A stretch of 24,000 nucleotides of DNA from positions 801,325 through 825,324 of the forward strand of contig NZ_QRBE01000001.1 in NCBI RefSeq assembly GCF_003363155.1. The letters run 5' to 3'. This DNA is from Dyella monticola. GTDB lineage: Bacteria > Pseudomonadota > Gammaproteobacteria > Xanthomonadales > Rhodanobacteraceae. Positions 15,890 to 24,000 of this stretch are shown here, piece after piece. Both the position numbers and the translations under genes were made by a program. Position 1 is the stretch's first letter. Each line of letters opens with the position of its first letter. The notes under the pieces are model-generated. The model did not search any database. It had not been told where the DNA came from and worked only from the letters and a program-made list of their open reading frames with translations.

Positions 15890-17890
15890 ATGAACGGGAC
15901 CAGTGTGCTGTTCGGCCAGGTGCTGACGGTGTTCGGCATCGTGGTCGCGGGAGTTTGGGCTGCTACCCAATGGACCGCCGCACACTTGGGCTACCAGCTA
16001 CGCCTTGGTTTGCCCTGGTTCGATTGCCTTGGCATTCCGGTCTATCACCCTTGGCAATTGCTCCCATGGTGGTACTGGTACGACGCCTATGCGCCGCGCC
16101 TGTTCCTCAAGGGCGGTGCCATCGCCGCAGCCAGTGGGGTTATGGCTGCGGCCGTTGCCATCAGCATGTCGGTATGGCGCGCGCGGCAGTCGCGTCTGAT
16201 TACGACCTACGGTTCGGCGCGCTGGGCCGATGCCCGCGATGTCCGAAAGGCGGGGCTCGTTAAGCCCGCGGGCGTATTCCTTGGTCTTCATGACTACCAG
16301 TACCTGCGTCACGACGGGCCGGAACACGTCCTGACCTTTGCGCCCACGCGCTCGGGCAAGGGCGTGGGCCTGGTGATTCCCACCTTGCTGACGTGGTCTG
16401 GCTCGGCCGTCATCCATGACATCAAAGGCGAGAACTGGCAGATCACGGCCGGCTGGCGCGCGCGCTTCTCGCATTGCCTGCTGTTCAATCCCACCGATCC
16501 GAGGTCGGCCGCGTACAACCCGCTGCTCGAAGTCCGGCGCGGCGCGCAGGAAGTGCGCGACGTGCAGAACATCGCCGACATCCTGGTCGATCCCGAAGGC
16601 GCGCTCGAACGCCGTAACCATTGGGAGAAGACCTCGCACGCGCTCCTGGTCGGCGCGATCCTGCACGTGCTCTACGCGAGCGAGGACAAGACGCTGCGCG
16701 GCGTCGCCAACTTCCTGTCCGATCCGGCGTGCCCGTTCGAGCTGACGCTGCATCGGATGATGACGACGAAGCATCTGGGCGATGCCCCGCATCCCGTCGT
16801 CGCTTCCGCCGCCCGCGAAGTCCTCAACAAGAGTGATAACGAGCGGTCGGGCGTGCTGTCCACGGCCATGTCCTTCCTCGGCCTGTACCGCGATCCCACC
16901 GTGGCCGACGTCACGTCGCGCTGCGATTGGCGCATCGCCGACCTGATTGCGTCTGAGCATCCCGTCTCGCTGTACCTCGTCGTGCCGCCGTCGGACATCA
17001 GCCGTACCAAGCCGCTGATCCGTCTGATCCTCAACCAGATCGGCCGCCGCCTCACCGAATCGCTCGATGGCAGCGATGGCATTGCACGTCGCCACACGCT
17101 GCTGTTGATGCTCGACGAGTTTCCCGCGCTGGGTCGCCTGGACTTCTTCGAGTCGGCACTGGCTTTCATGGCGGGCTACGGCATCCGCAGCTTCCTCATC
17201 GCGCAGTCGCTCAACCAGATTGACAAAGCCTACGGGCAGAACCATTCGATCCTCGACAACTGCCATGTGCGCGTGACGTTCGCTACCAATGACGAACGCA
17301 CGGCCAAGCGCATCTCGGAAACACTCGGCACCGCAACCGAACTGCGCGCACAGCGTAACTACGCCGGTCATCGGCTTGCGCCGTGGCTTGGGCACTTGAT
17401 GGTGTCGCGCCAGGAAACGGCGCGCCCGCTGCTCACCCCCGGTGAGGTCATGCAGCTTCCGTCCGACGAGGCGGTGGTGATGGTGTCCAGCCTGCCGCCC
17501 ATCAAGGCGAAGAAGCTGCGCTATTACACCGACGTCAATTTCCGCCGGCGTGTGCAGCCACCGCCCGCGTTATCCGTCGGGTGCTATGCCGATGTGCCGC
17601 CCTCGCGGCCGGATGACTGGAGCCGCCTGGCGATGCCCGCCGTGCCCAGCGCAGGGGTGATGGCGCCGACCGTTGTTGATGGCAGTACAGCCGACGATGG
17701 CGCCCCGCGCCGCCAGCCTGAACTGGCCGACGTCTCCCATCACGCCGCCGAACGCGAACCGCCAGCCAGCGACCTAGCGTTACTCGATGACGACGACCTG
17801 CTGTTGCCGATGCCCGCGCAACTCGATCCGCGCTTGCAACGCAATGCGCGGTTGGCCGCTCTCGACCCCGGTGACGGGATGGCGCTATGA
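15890..17890 (+). CDS. traG: Type IV coupling protein TraG (VirD4 family)
   Basis: N-terminal TM helices are present. Walker A is FAPTRSGKGVGLVIPTLL and Walker B is LLLMLDEFPALG; the IRSFLIAQSLNQ motif is also present. Confidence 0.95.
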   Translation: MNGTSVLFGQVLTVFGIVVAGVWAATQWTAAHLGYQLRLGLPWFDCLGIPVYHPWQLLPWWYWYDAYAPRLFLKGGAIAAASGVMAAAVAISMSVWRARQSRLITTYGSARWADARDVRKAGLVKPAGVFLGLHDYQYLRHDGPEHVLTFAPTRSGKGVGLVIPTLLTWSGSAVIHDIKGENWQITAGWRARFSHCLLFNPTDPRSAAYNPLLEVRRGAQEVRDVQNIADILVDPEGALERRNHWEKTSHALLVGAILHVLYASEDKTLRGVANFLSDPACPFELTLHRMMTTKHLGDAPHPVVASAAREVLNKSDNERSGVLSTAMSFLGLYRDPTVADVTSRCDWRIADLIASEHPVSLYLVVPPSDISRTKPLIRLILNQIGRRLTESLDGSDGIARRHTLLLMLDEFPALGRLDFFESALAFMAGYGIRSFLIAQSLNQIDKAYGQNHSILDNCHVRVTFATNDERTAKRISETLGTATELRAQRNYAGHRLAPWLGHLMVSRQETARPLLTPGEVMQLPSDEAVVMVSSLPPIKAKKLRYYTDVNFRRRVQPPPALSVGCYADVPPSRPDDWSRLAMPAVPSAGVMAPTVVDGSTADDGAPRRQPELADVSHHAAEREPPASDLALLDDDDLLLPMPAQLDPRLQRNARLAALDPGDGMAL

Positions 17891-18357
17891 GCCAATACCG
17901 TCTCAACCTGTTCATCCCGCCCGACCACGCCCGGCGGCTCGACGAGCTCGCCGTGAAGAAGGGCGTGTCCAAGTCGTCCATCGTCGCGGCGGCGCTCGCC
18001 TCGTGGCTCTCGCCCGATGCGGGCGACCAGCGCGAGGCCGCAATCGCGCGCCGACTGGATCGGCTCACGCGCCAGTATGAGCGCCTGGAGCGCGACCAGG
18101 CCATCCTGATCGAAACCGTCGCGCTCTACGTGCGCTATTACCTGACGGTCACGACACCCGTACCGGAAGCACATCAGGACGCTGTACGCGCGCAAGGCAA
18201 GGCGCGTTTCACACAGTTCGTCGAACAGCTCGGCCGACATCTCCTACGCGGCCATAGCTTGTTGCGCGACTTGGTGGAAGAGATCCAGCCCGACACCGTT
18301 CGGCGCGAGGCCGATGCCGCTGCGTCGGTGAGGCAGGCCGATGGAGAAGCGACGTGA
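17887..18357 (+). CDS. CopG/ribbon-helix-helix family protein of the transfer operon
   Basis: ATGA overlap with traG. The N-terminal YRLNLFIPPDHARRLDELAVKKGVSKSSIVAAALASWL fits the RHH pattern. Confidence 0.75.
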   Translation: MSQYRLNLFIPPDHARRLDELAVKKGVSKSSIVAAALASWLSPDAGDQREAAIARRLDRLTRQYERLERDQAILIETVALYVRYYLTVTTPVPEAHQDAVRAQGKARFTQFVEQLGRHLLRGHSLLRDLVEEIQPDTVRREADAAASVRQADGEAT

Positions 18358-19364
18358 GCGCGCAGCCGCACGACGTGAGTCCGGCGGCGCGCTCGCTCGA
18401 CCGCCGCGTGCGCATGTTGCGCACCGCGATGGGGCCGCTGATCGCCGCGGCACTGGACGATCCCGATGTAGTGGAAGTGCTGCTGAACCCGGACGGGACG
18501 CTGTGGATCGACCGGCTTTCCTCGGGACGTGCGCCGATGGGTGCCTCGCTGTCGGCGGCTGACGGCGAACGCATCATCCGGCTGGTCGCCGCACACGTGC
18601 GCGCCGAAGTCCATGCGGGCAAGCCGCTGCTCTCGGCGGAGCTGCCGGAGACGGGCGAGCGTTTCGAGGGCGTATTGCCACCGGCGGTATCCGGCCCAGC
18701 CTTCGCGCTGCGCAAGCGCGCCGTCGGCGTCATCGGATTGGATCGCTACATCGCGGACGGCATCCTGAGCGCCGAGCAAGCGGCGTTCTTGCGCCAGGCT
18801 GTGCGCGAGCCTCAGAACATCCTGATCGCCGGGGGCACCAGCAGCGGCAAGACCACACTCGCCAACGCCTTGCTCGCCGAAGTGGCCGACACCGGCGATC
18901 GCGTGCTGGTGCTCGAAGACACGGTGGAATTGCAATGCGTCGCACGCGACCACGTGCCGTTGCGCACGTTACCCGGTGTCGTGTCGATGACCGAGCTCGT
19001 GCGCGCCACGATGCGGTTGCGTCCCGACCGCGTGATCGTGGGCGAAGTACGCGGTGTCGAAGCACTCGATCTGGTCAAGGTCTGGGGCACGGGTCATCCC
19101 GGCGGCATTGCCACCATCCATGCCGGCTCCGCGCACGGCGCGCTGCTGCGCTTGGAACAACTGATTCTCGAAGTCGCCGTGACGCCGCCGCGCGCGCTGA
19201 TTGCCGAGGCGGTCAACGTCGTCGTCTTCATCGCCGGGCGCGGGCGTGCCCGCCACGTCCAGGACATCGCCCGCGTCGTCGGCTTCGACGAACGCGGCTA
19301 TCGACTCGATCCCGTGCCTGCTCCGTCGTCTTTCTCGCCTGTCACTTCAGGAGTTCCGTCATGA
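18354..19364 (+). CDS. trbB: P-type conjugative transfer ATPase TrbB (VirB11 family)
   Basis: GTGA overlap with the upstream gene. Walker A is GGTSSGKTT, Walker B is VLVLEDTVEL, and the motifs RLRPDRVIVGEVRG and GHPG are present. Confidence 0.95.
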   Translation: MSAQPHDVSPAARSLDRRVRMLRTAMGPLIAAALDDPDVVEVLLNPDGTLWIDRLSSGRAPMGASLSAADGERIIRLVAAHVRAEVHAGKPLLSAELPETGERFEGVLPPAVSGPAFALRKRAVGVIGLDRYIADGILSAEQAAFLRQAVREPQNILIAGGTSSGKTTLANALLAEVADTGDRVLVLEDTVELQCVARDHVPLRTLPGVVSMTELVRATMRLRPDRVIVGEVRGVEALDLVKVWGTGHPGGIATIHAGSAHGALLRLEQLILEVAVTPPRALIAEAVNVVVFIAGRGRARHVQDIARVVGFDERGYRLDPVPAPSSFSPVTSGVPS

Positions 19365-19702
19365 CACGAACCCGCCTTTACGACGATCCGCTTTTCCGTA
19401 ACGCGTTGCCGTGGCTGCTCCTGTTGCTGATGTGCCTGGCAGCGACAGCGGCGCACGCGGCCGGCTCGAACATGCCGTGGGAAGCGCCGCTGCAATCCAT
19501 TCTCGATTCTATCCAGGGACCGGTCGCCAAGATCATCGCCGTCATCATCATCATCGTGACGGGCCTCACGCTCGCCTTCGGTGACACCAGCGGCGGCTTC
19601 CGTCGCCTGATCCAGATCGTGTTCGGGCTCTCCATCGCCTTCGCCGCGTCCTCGTTCTTCCTGTCGTTCTTCAGTTTCTCCGGCGGCGCGGTGGTGACAT
19701 GA
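19361..19702 (+). CDS. trbC: TrbC/VirB2-family pilin precursor
   Basis: ATGA overlap with trbB. The signal peptide ends AAHA-AG, and two hydrophobic helices follow (KIIAVIIIIVTGLTLAF and IVFGLSIAFAASSFFLSFF). Confidence 0.85.
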   Translation: MTRTRLYDDPLFRNALPWLLLLLMCLAATAAHAAGSNMPWEAPLQSILDSIQGPVAKIIAVIIIIVTGLTLAFGDTSGGFRRLIQIVFGLSIAFAASSFFLSFFSFSGGAVVT

Positions 19703-19971
19703 ACGAGACCGCCACCCTTGTCGCGGGTTTTGAAGTGCCGCTGCATCGGTCGCTGACCGAACCGATCCTGATGGGCGGTGCGCCGCGCACCGTGGCAATC
19801 GCCAACGGCACGCTCGCCGCGGCGGTGGGACTGGGTCTGCAACTGTGGATTCCCGGCATCGCGTTGTGGCTGATCGGTCATTCGCTGGCCGTGTGGGGCG
19901 CGAAAGTCGATCCGCAATTCATGCAGGTTTTCGCGCGGCACTTGAAGCACCGACCGCTGCTGGACGTGTGA
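19699..19971 (+). CDS. trbD: TrbD (VirB3-like)
   Basis: ATGA overlap with trbC. The 90-aa protein contains PLHRSLTEPILMGGAPR and TM segments. Confidence 0.85.
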   Translation: MNETATLVAGFEVPLHRSLTEPILMGGAPRTVAIANGTLAAAVGLGLQLWIPGIALWLIGHSLAVWGAKVDPQFMQVFARHLKHRPLLDV

Positions 19972-19978
19972 GGCGGCC

Positions 19979-22405
19979 ATGCTGAACCTCGCCGAATACC
20001 GCCCGCGGCCCGCACAACTTGCCGACTGGCTGCCGTGGGCGGGACTCGTCGCGCGTGGCGTGGTGCTCAACAAGGACGGTAGCTTCCAGCGCACGGCGCG
20101 GTTTCGCGGGCCGGATTTGGACAGCGCAACACAGAGCGAGCTGGTCGCTACGACCGCCCGGCTCAACAATGCGCTGCGTCGACTCGGCTCGGGCTGGGCG
20201 CTCTTTATCGAGGCGGAACGGCGAGCCGCAGCAGGGTATCCGCACTCGGAGTTCCCCGACCCGCTGTCCTGGCTGGTGGACGAGGAACGGCGCGCCGCCT
20301 TCGAGGAAGCCGGTAGCCATTACGAGAGCGGTTACCACCTGACGCTGGTGTATCTGCCGCCGGAGGAATCGCGCGCGCGGGCAGCAAAGCTGCTCTATGA
20401 AAACACGCCGACGTCGGGCGTGGACTGGCGCGAACGGCTCACCGCGTTCGTCGCCGAAACCGATCGGGTGTTCGATCTCCTCGATGGTGTTATGCCTGAG
20501 ATCGCGTGGCTGGATGACAGCGAGACGCTGACCTATCTGCACGGTTGCATTTCCACGCGGCGTTATCGCATCGGCGTGCCGGAAGTGCCGTTTCACCTGG
20601 ACGCGCTGTTGCCCGATGTACCGCTGGTCGGCGGCTTAGCACCGATGCTGGGTGACCAGCATGTGTGCGTGGTGACGGTGCGCGGTTTTCCGACGTCGAC
20701 CTGGCCGGGACTGCTCGATGACCTCAACCGCCTGGGTTTTGCTTATCGCTGGTCCACGCGCTTTCTCTGTCTGGACAAGGCAGAGGCCGAGAAGGAACTG
20801 ACGCGCCTGCGTCGGCAATGGTTTGCCAAGCGCAAGAACGTCGTGGCGCTGCTGCGCGAAACCATCTTCCAGCAGGAGTCGCCCCTGGTCGATAGCGATG
20901 CGGCCAACAAGGCAAGCGATGCCGACGCCGCCTTGCAGGAACTGGGTAGCGACCAAGTGGCCTTCGGCTACGTCACGACGGCGGTGACCGTCATGGATGT
21001 CGATGCGACGGCGGCCGATGAAAAGCGGCGGCAGATCGAACGCGCCATTCAAGGACGCGGCTTTGTCACGATCCACGAAACCCTCAACGCGGTGGAAGCG
21101 TGGCTGTCCTCGATCCCAGGTCATGCCTACGCGAACGTGCGCCAGCCGATCATCTCCACGCTCAATCTCGCGCACATCATGCCGGTGTCGGCGTTGTGGG
21201 CGGGTCAGGAGCGCAATGCGCATCTGGACGGGCCGCCGCTGATCGTCACACGTACCGACGGCGCCACGCCGTTCCGACTGGTGACGCATATCGGCGATGT
21301 GGGACACACGCTGGTGGTCGGCCCAACGGGCATGGGCAAGTCGGTGCTGCTTGCAATGCTGGCGATGCAGTTCCGGCGCTATCGACGCTCACGCATCTTC
21401 GCGTTCGACATGGGCCGCTCGATGCGCGCCACCATCCTCGGCCTCGGTGGTGAGCACTACGACCTCGGCACCGATGGTGCTATCGCGTTCCAGCCGCTCG
21501 CGCGCATCGACCGGCACGGCTATCGCACGTGGGCAGCTGAATGGGTCGAAAGCCGGCTGGCGCGCGAAGGTGTCGCGGTGGGTCCTGACGAGAAGGCAGC
21601 CATCTGGTCCGCGCTCGGCAGTCTCGCCGGGGCACCCGTCGAACAGCGCACGCTGACGGGTCTGTCCGTGCTGCTTCAATCCAATGCACTGCGTCAGGCG
21701 CTCGCGCCCTATGTGCTCGGCGGCGCCCACGGTCGCCTGCTCGACGCCGACCACGATCGGCTCGGTGTGGCCGACGTGCAGGGCTTCGAGATGGAGGAGC
21801 TGATGGCGAGCCACGCCGCTGTCCAGGCGGTGCTCGGGTATCTGTTCGCACGCTTTAACGAACGGTTCGACGGCGCACCGACCTTGCTGATGCTCGATGA
21901 GTCTTGGCTGTTCCTCGACGACCCGGTGTTCGCCGCGCGCATCCGTCAGTGGCTCAAGGTGCTGCGCAAGAAGAACGTCAGCGTGATTTTTGCCACGCAA
22001 TCGCTCGCCGACATCAAAGACTCGACCATCGCGCCCGCCATCATCGAAAGCTGCGCGAGCCGCATCTTCCTGCCGAACCCGCAGGCCACCGAGCCGCAGA
22101 TTCGCACGATCTACGAAGGTTTTGGCCTCAACAGCCGTCAGATCGAGATCATCGCCACCGCCGAGCCCAAGCGCGACTACTACTACCAGTCGCGGCTCGG
22201 CAACCGCCTGTTCGATTTGGACTTGGGTCCCATCGCGCTCGCCTTCGCCGGTGCATCCACGCCGCAGGACCAGCGTGACATCGACCGTGTAGTGCTCGAT
22301 GCCGGTGTGCCGGGCTTCACCGACGCCTGGTTGCGTCATGGCGGCCTTGATTGGGCAGCCGACCTCATCCCCTCGTTTTCCTCGCACTCGGAGATTCGGC
22401 CATGA
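19979..22405 (+). CDS. trbE: TrbE (VirB4 ATPase)
   Basis: 808 aa. Walker A is VGPTGMGKS and Walker B is LLMLDESW; IFATQSLADI is also present. Confidence 0.95.
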   Translation: MLNLAEYRPRPAQLADWLPWAGLVARGVVLNKDGSFQRTARFRGPDLDSATQSELVATTARLNNALRRLGSGWALFIEAERRAAAGYPHSEFPDPLSWLVDEERRAAFEEAGSHYESGYHLTLVYLPPEESRARAAKLLYENTPTSGVDWRERLTAFVAETDRVFDLLDGVMPEIAWLDDSETLTYLHGCISTRRYRIGVPEVPFHLDALLPDVPLVGGLAPMLGDQHVCVVTVRGFPTSTWPGLLDDLNRLGFAYRWSTRFLCLDKAEAEKELTRLRRQWFAKRKNVVALLRETIFQQESPLVDSDAANKASDADAALQELGSDQVAFGYVTTAVTVMDVDATAADEKRRQIERAIQGRGFVTIHETLNAVEAWLSSIPGHAYANVRQPIISTLNLAHIMPVSALWAGQERNAHLDGPPLIVTRTDGATPFRLVTHIGDVGHTLVVGPTGMGKSVLLAMLAMQFRRYRRSRIFAFDMGRSMRATILGLGGEHYDLGTDGAIAFQPLARIDRHGYRTWAAEWVESRLAREGVAVGPDEKAAIWSALGSLAGAPVEQRTLTGLSVLLQSNALRQALAPYVLGGAHGRLLDADHDRLGVADVQGFEMEELMASHAAVQAVLGYLFARFNERFDGAPTLLMLDESWLFLDDPVFAARIRQWLKVLRKKNVSVIFATQSLADIKDSTIAPAIIESCASRIFLPNPQATEPQIRTIYEGFGLNSRQIEIIATAEPKRDYYYQSRLGNRLFDLDLGPIALAFAGASTPQDQRDIDRVVLDAGVPGFTDAWLRHGGLDWAADLIPSFSSHSEIRP

Positions 22406-23130
22406 AGAAGATCGGGCTGGCCGCCACCGCGGCCGTGTTGTTCGCGTATTCGTCGGCGAGCTTCGCGCAGTGGGCGGTATTCGACGCGGCGAACTTCTCG
22501 CAGAACCTGCTCACGGCGGCACGCGAGCTGCAACAGATCGACAACCAGATTCAGCAGTTGCAGAACGAGGCGCAGATGCTGACCAATCAGGGTCGCAATC
22601 TCACCAGCCTTAACTACAGCGCGCTGTCGCAGTTGTTGACCACGCTGGCGAGCACCAACCAGTTGATCACGCAGGCGCAGGGACTGACCTTCAACGTCGC
22701 GCAGTCGCAGGCGACCTTTAATCGGTTGTACCCCAGTGCCTACGGCGCCGGCACATCGAACGCGCAGATGGTGCAGGACGCGCAAACGCGCTGGCAAATG
22801 TCGGTGCAGACCTTGCAGACCGCGACGCAGATGCAGTCGCAGGCGGCGCAAAACCTGCTGTCGGATCAAGGTGTGCTAAGCCATCTGGTCACGCAGAGTC
22901 AGGGTGCGGTCGGTGCCCTGCAGGCGAACCAGGCGACGAACCAGCTGCTCGCGTTGATCGCTCGCCAAGCCATCCAGGCACAGCAGCTCACCGTGTCGCA
23001 GAGTCGCGCGACAGCGCTGGACGAAGCGCGCGCCGCGGCCGATGAAGCGCAAGCCGAACAGGTGCGTTCGCGCTTCATCGGTAGCGGCCCGCAATACACG
23101 CCGCAGCCGGTGAGCTTCTACGGGAATTGA
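22402..23130 (+). CDS. trbJ: TrbJ (VirB5-like, P-type)
   Basis: ATGA overlap with trbE. The signal peptide is AYSSASFA-QW, the body is a Q-rich coiled coil, and the protein sits between trbE and trbL. Confidence 0.85.
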   Translation: MKKIGLAATAAVLFAYSSASFAQWAVFDAANFSQNLLTAARELQQIDNQIQQLQNEAQMLTNQGRNLTSLNYSALSQLLTTLASTNQLITQAQGLTFNVAQSQATFNRLYPSAYGAGTSNAQMVQDAQTRWQMSVQTLQTATQMQSQAAQNLLSDQGVLSHLVTQSQGAVGALQANQATNQLLALIARQAIQAQQLTVSQSRATALDEARAAADEAQAEQVRSRFIGSGPQYTPQPVSFYGN

Positions 23131-23135
23131 CGGCG

Positions 23136-23426
23136 ATGGGCCGCGCACTCGTCCTGTCCATCATGGCGTTGTGGGTTTCGTGCAGCCGCCACGTCCCACC
23201 GTTGACGGTGGACGCCTTGGCCCACGATCCCCAACGGCTGTATGCGCTGCGGATTCGTTGCGTGACGCCGCGCGCGCAGGTGAGCCGCGCCGCGTGCCGT
23301 ATCGCGGACGAAGCGTACAGCCGGCGTTTCTTCCTCGGGCTTGGCGACGGCGGCGAATACCAGACGCTACGATCGTTGCCACCGATCCCGGCGAGCTTCG
23401 AGGCGGCGCAAGAGGATCGGCCATGA
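23136..23426 (+). CDS. trbK: TrbK-alt-position entry-exclusion-type lipoprotein
   Basis: It lies between trbJ and trbL and has the lipobox LWVSC(16). The alternative TTG start at 23127 overlaps the trbJ stop. It is similar to the lipoprotein at 15421-15669 (C-S-[KR]-x-x-P-P-x-T-V-D-[SA]-L...R-C...A-x-C...E-A...R-x-F). Confidence 0.65.
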   Translation: MGRALVLSIMALWVSCSRHVPPLTVDALAHDPQRLYALRIRCVTPRAQVSRAACRIADEAYSRRFFLGLGDGGEYQTLRSLPPIPASFEAAQEDRP

Positions 23427-24000
23427 ACGATCTTTCCGTCATCGATCAATTCCTGGCTGTCTTCTCGCAGTACATCGACTCCGGGTTCGGGCTGCTGCAC
23501 GGCGAAGTCGCGTATCTCTCCGCCACGCTGATCGTCATCGACATGACGCTCGCGGGTTTGTTCTGGGCGATGGGCGGCGAGGAAGTGCTGGCGAAGCTGA
23601 TCCGCAAGACGCTCTACGTCGGCGCGTTCGCTTACATCATCGGCAACTTCAACACCCTCGCGGGCATCGTGTTCCGCTCCTTTGCGGGCCTCGGCCTACT
23701 CGCGACGGGCTCGGCACTGAGCATCGGCAGCTTCCTGCAACCAGGGCGACTGGCTCAGGTGGGTGTCACGGCTGGCCAGCCGATCCTGCAACAGGTCGGC
23801 ACGATGTCGCACGGTTTCACGACGGTCTTCAGCAACCTCGACATGATCGTGGTGCTGCTGCTGGCCTGGATCGTGGTGGTCCTCAGCTTCTTCATTCTGG
23901 CCGTGCAGCTTTTCGTGACGCTGGTGGAATTCAAGCTGACCACGCTCGCCGGTTTCGTGCTGGTGCCCTTCGCGCTGTGGAACAAGACCGCGTTCCTTGC
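23423..24000 (+). CDS. trbL: TrbL (VirB6-like), N-terminal part; continues beyond the window
   Basis: ATGA overlap with the upstream gene. My translation MNDLSVIDQFLAVFSQYIDSGFGLLHGEVAYL...FILAVQLFVTLVEFKLTTLAGFVLVPFALWNKTAF matches the conserved TrbL N-terminus. It is absent from the ORF track because no stop falls inside the window. Confidence 0.9.
   Translation, partial: MNDLSVIDQFLAVFSQYIDSGFGLLHGEVAYLSATLIVIDMTLAGLFWAMGGEEVLAKLIRKTLYVGAFAYIIGNFNTLAGIVFRSFAGLGLLATGSALSIGSFLQPGRLAQVGVTAGQPILQQVGTMSHGFTTVFSNLDMIVVLLLAWIVVVLSFFILAVQLFVTLVEFKLTTLAGFVLVPFALWNKTAFL

Larger units (their letters stand above)
1..24000. mobile_element. Interior of a Tn4371-family-like integrative conjugative element (or related conjugative plasmid): maintenance, relaxase/oriT and Trb P-type T4SS modules with two cargo insertions
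   Basis: The colinear order DUF736, DUF2958, DUF2285, HTH, repA, parA, DUF2840, traF, relaxase, LysR, traG, copG-like, trbBCDEJ(K)L is characteristic of this ICE family. No integrase or att site is in the window, so integration status is not shown. Confidence 0.8.

Noticed and set aside
1-24000. Search by eye for tRNA/rRNA genes, transposases/IS ends, integrase and att sites
   Set aside because: None was recognised. The cargo islands show no terminal inverted repeats or flanking direct repeats that I could find by eye, so no IS or transposon call is made.

Overview
This GC-rich (about 63-66%) proteobacterial window is almost entirely the interior of a conjugative element. Its gene order matches the Tn4371-family ICE backbone, although a related conjugative plasmid cannot be excluded because no integrase or att site lies in the window. 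Left to right on the + strand: the tail of a large ParB-like protein, DUF736, cargo island 1 (lower GC, about 1760-3570), and DUF2958-DUF2285-HTH regulators. Next come repA, three iteron-like repeats, parA with a ParG-like RHH gene, DUF2840, the traF S26 peptidase, an inverted-repeat-rich candidate oriT and a VirD2-type relaxase. Cargo island 2 follows (about 11340-14450): an HKD/PLD nuclease gene with an in-frame TAG, then a Tet-class repressor with tetO-like operators but no pump gene. The window ends with a LysR regulator, an entry-exclusion-type lipoprotein, traG, a CopG-like gene and trbB-C-D-E-J-K(alt)-L, with trbL running off the 3' edge. Many backbone genes are joined by ATGA, GTGA or TTGA start/stop overlaps, which indicates translational coupling. 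The best candidate for something undescribed is the two-gene low-GC insertion at 1996-3479. It pairs a papain/transglutaminase-like Cys-His-Asp fold protein with a DUF4365-type PD-(D/E)xK nuclease carrying an unassigned helical C-terminal half. Other points of interest are the interrupted PLD nuclease, the orphan tetR with its operators, and a tail motif (G-P-Q-Y-T-P) shared by TrbJ and an exclusion-type lipoprotein. No rRNA, tRNA, CRISPR array or transposase was recognised. All family assignments come from motif recognition by eye, not from database searches.
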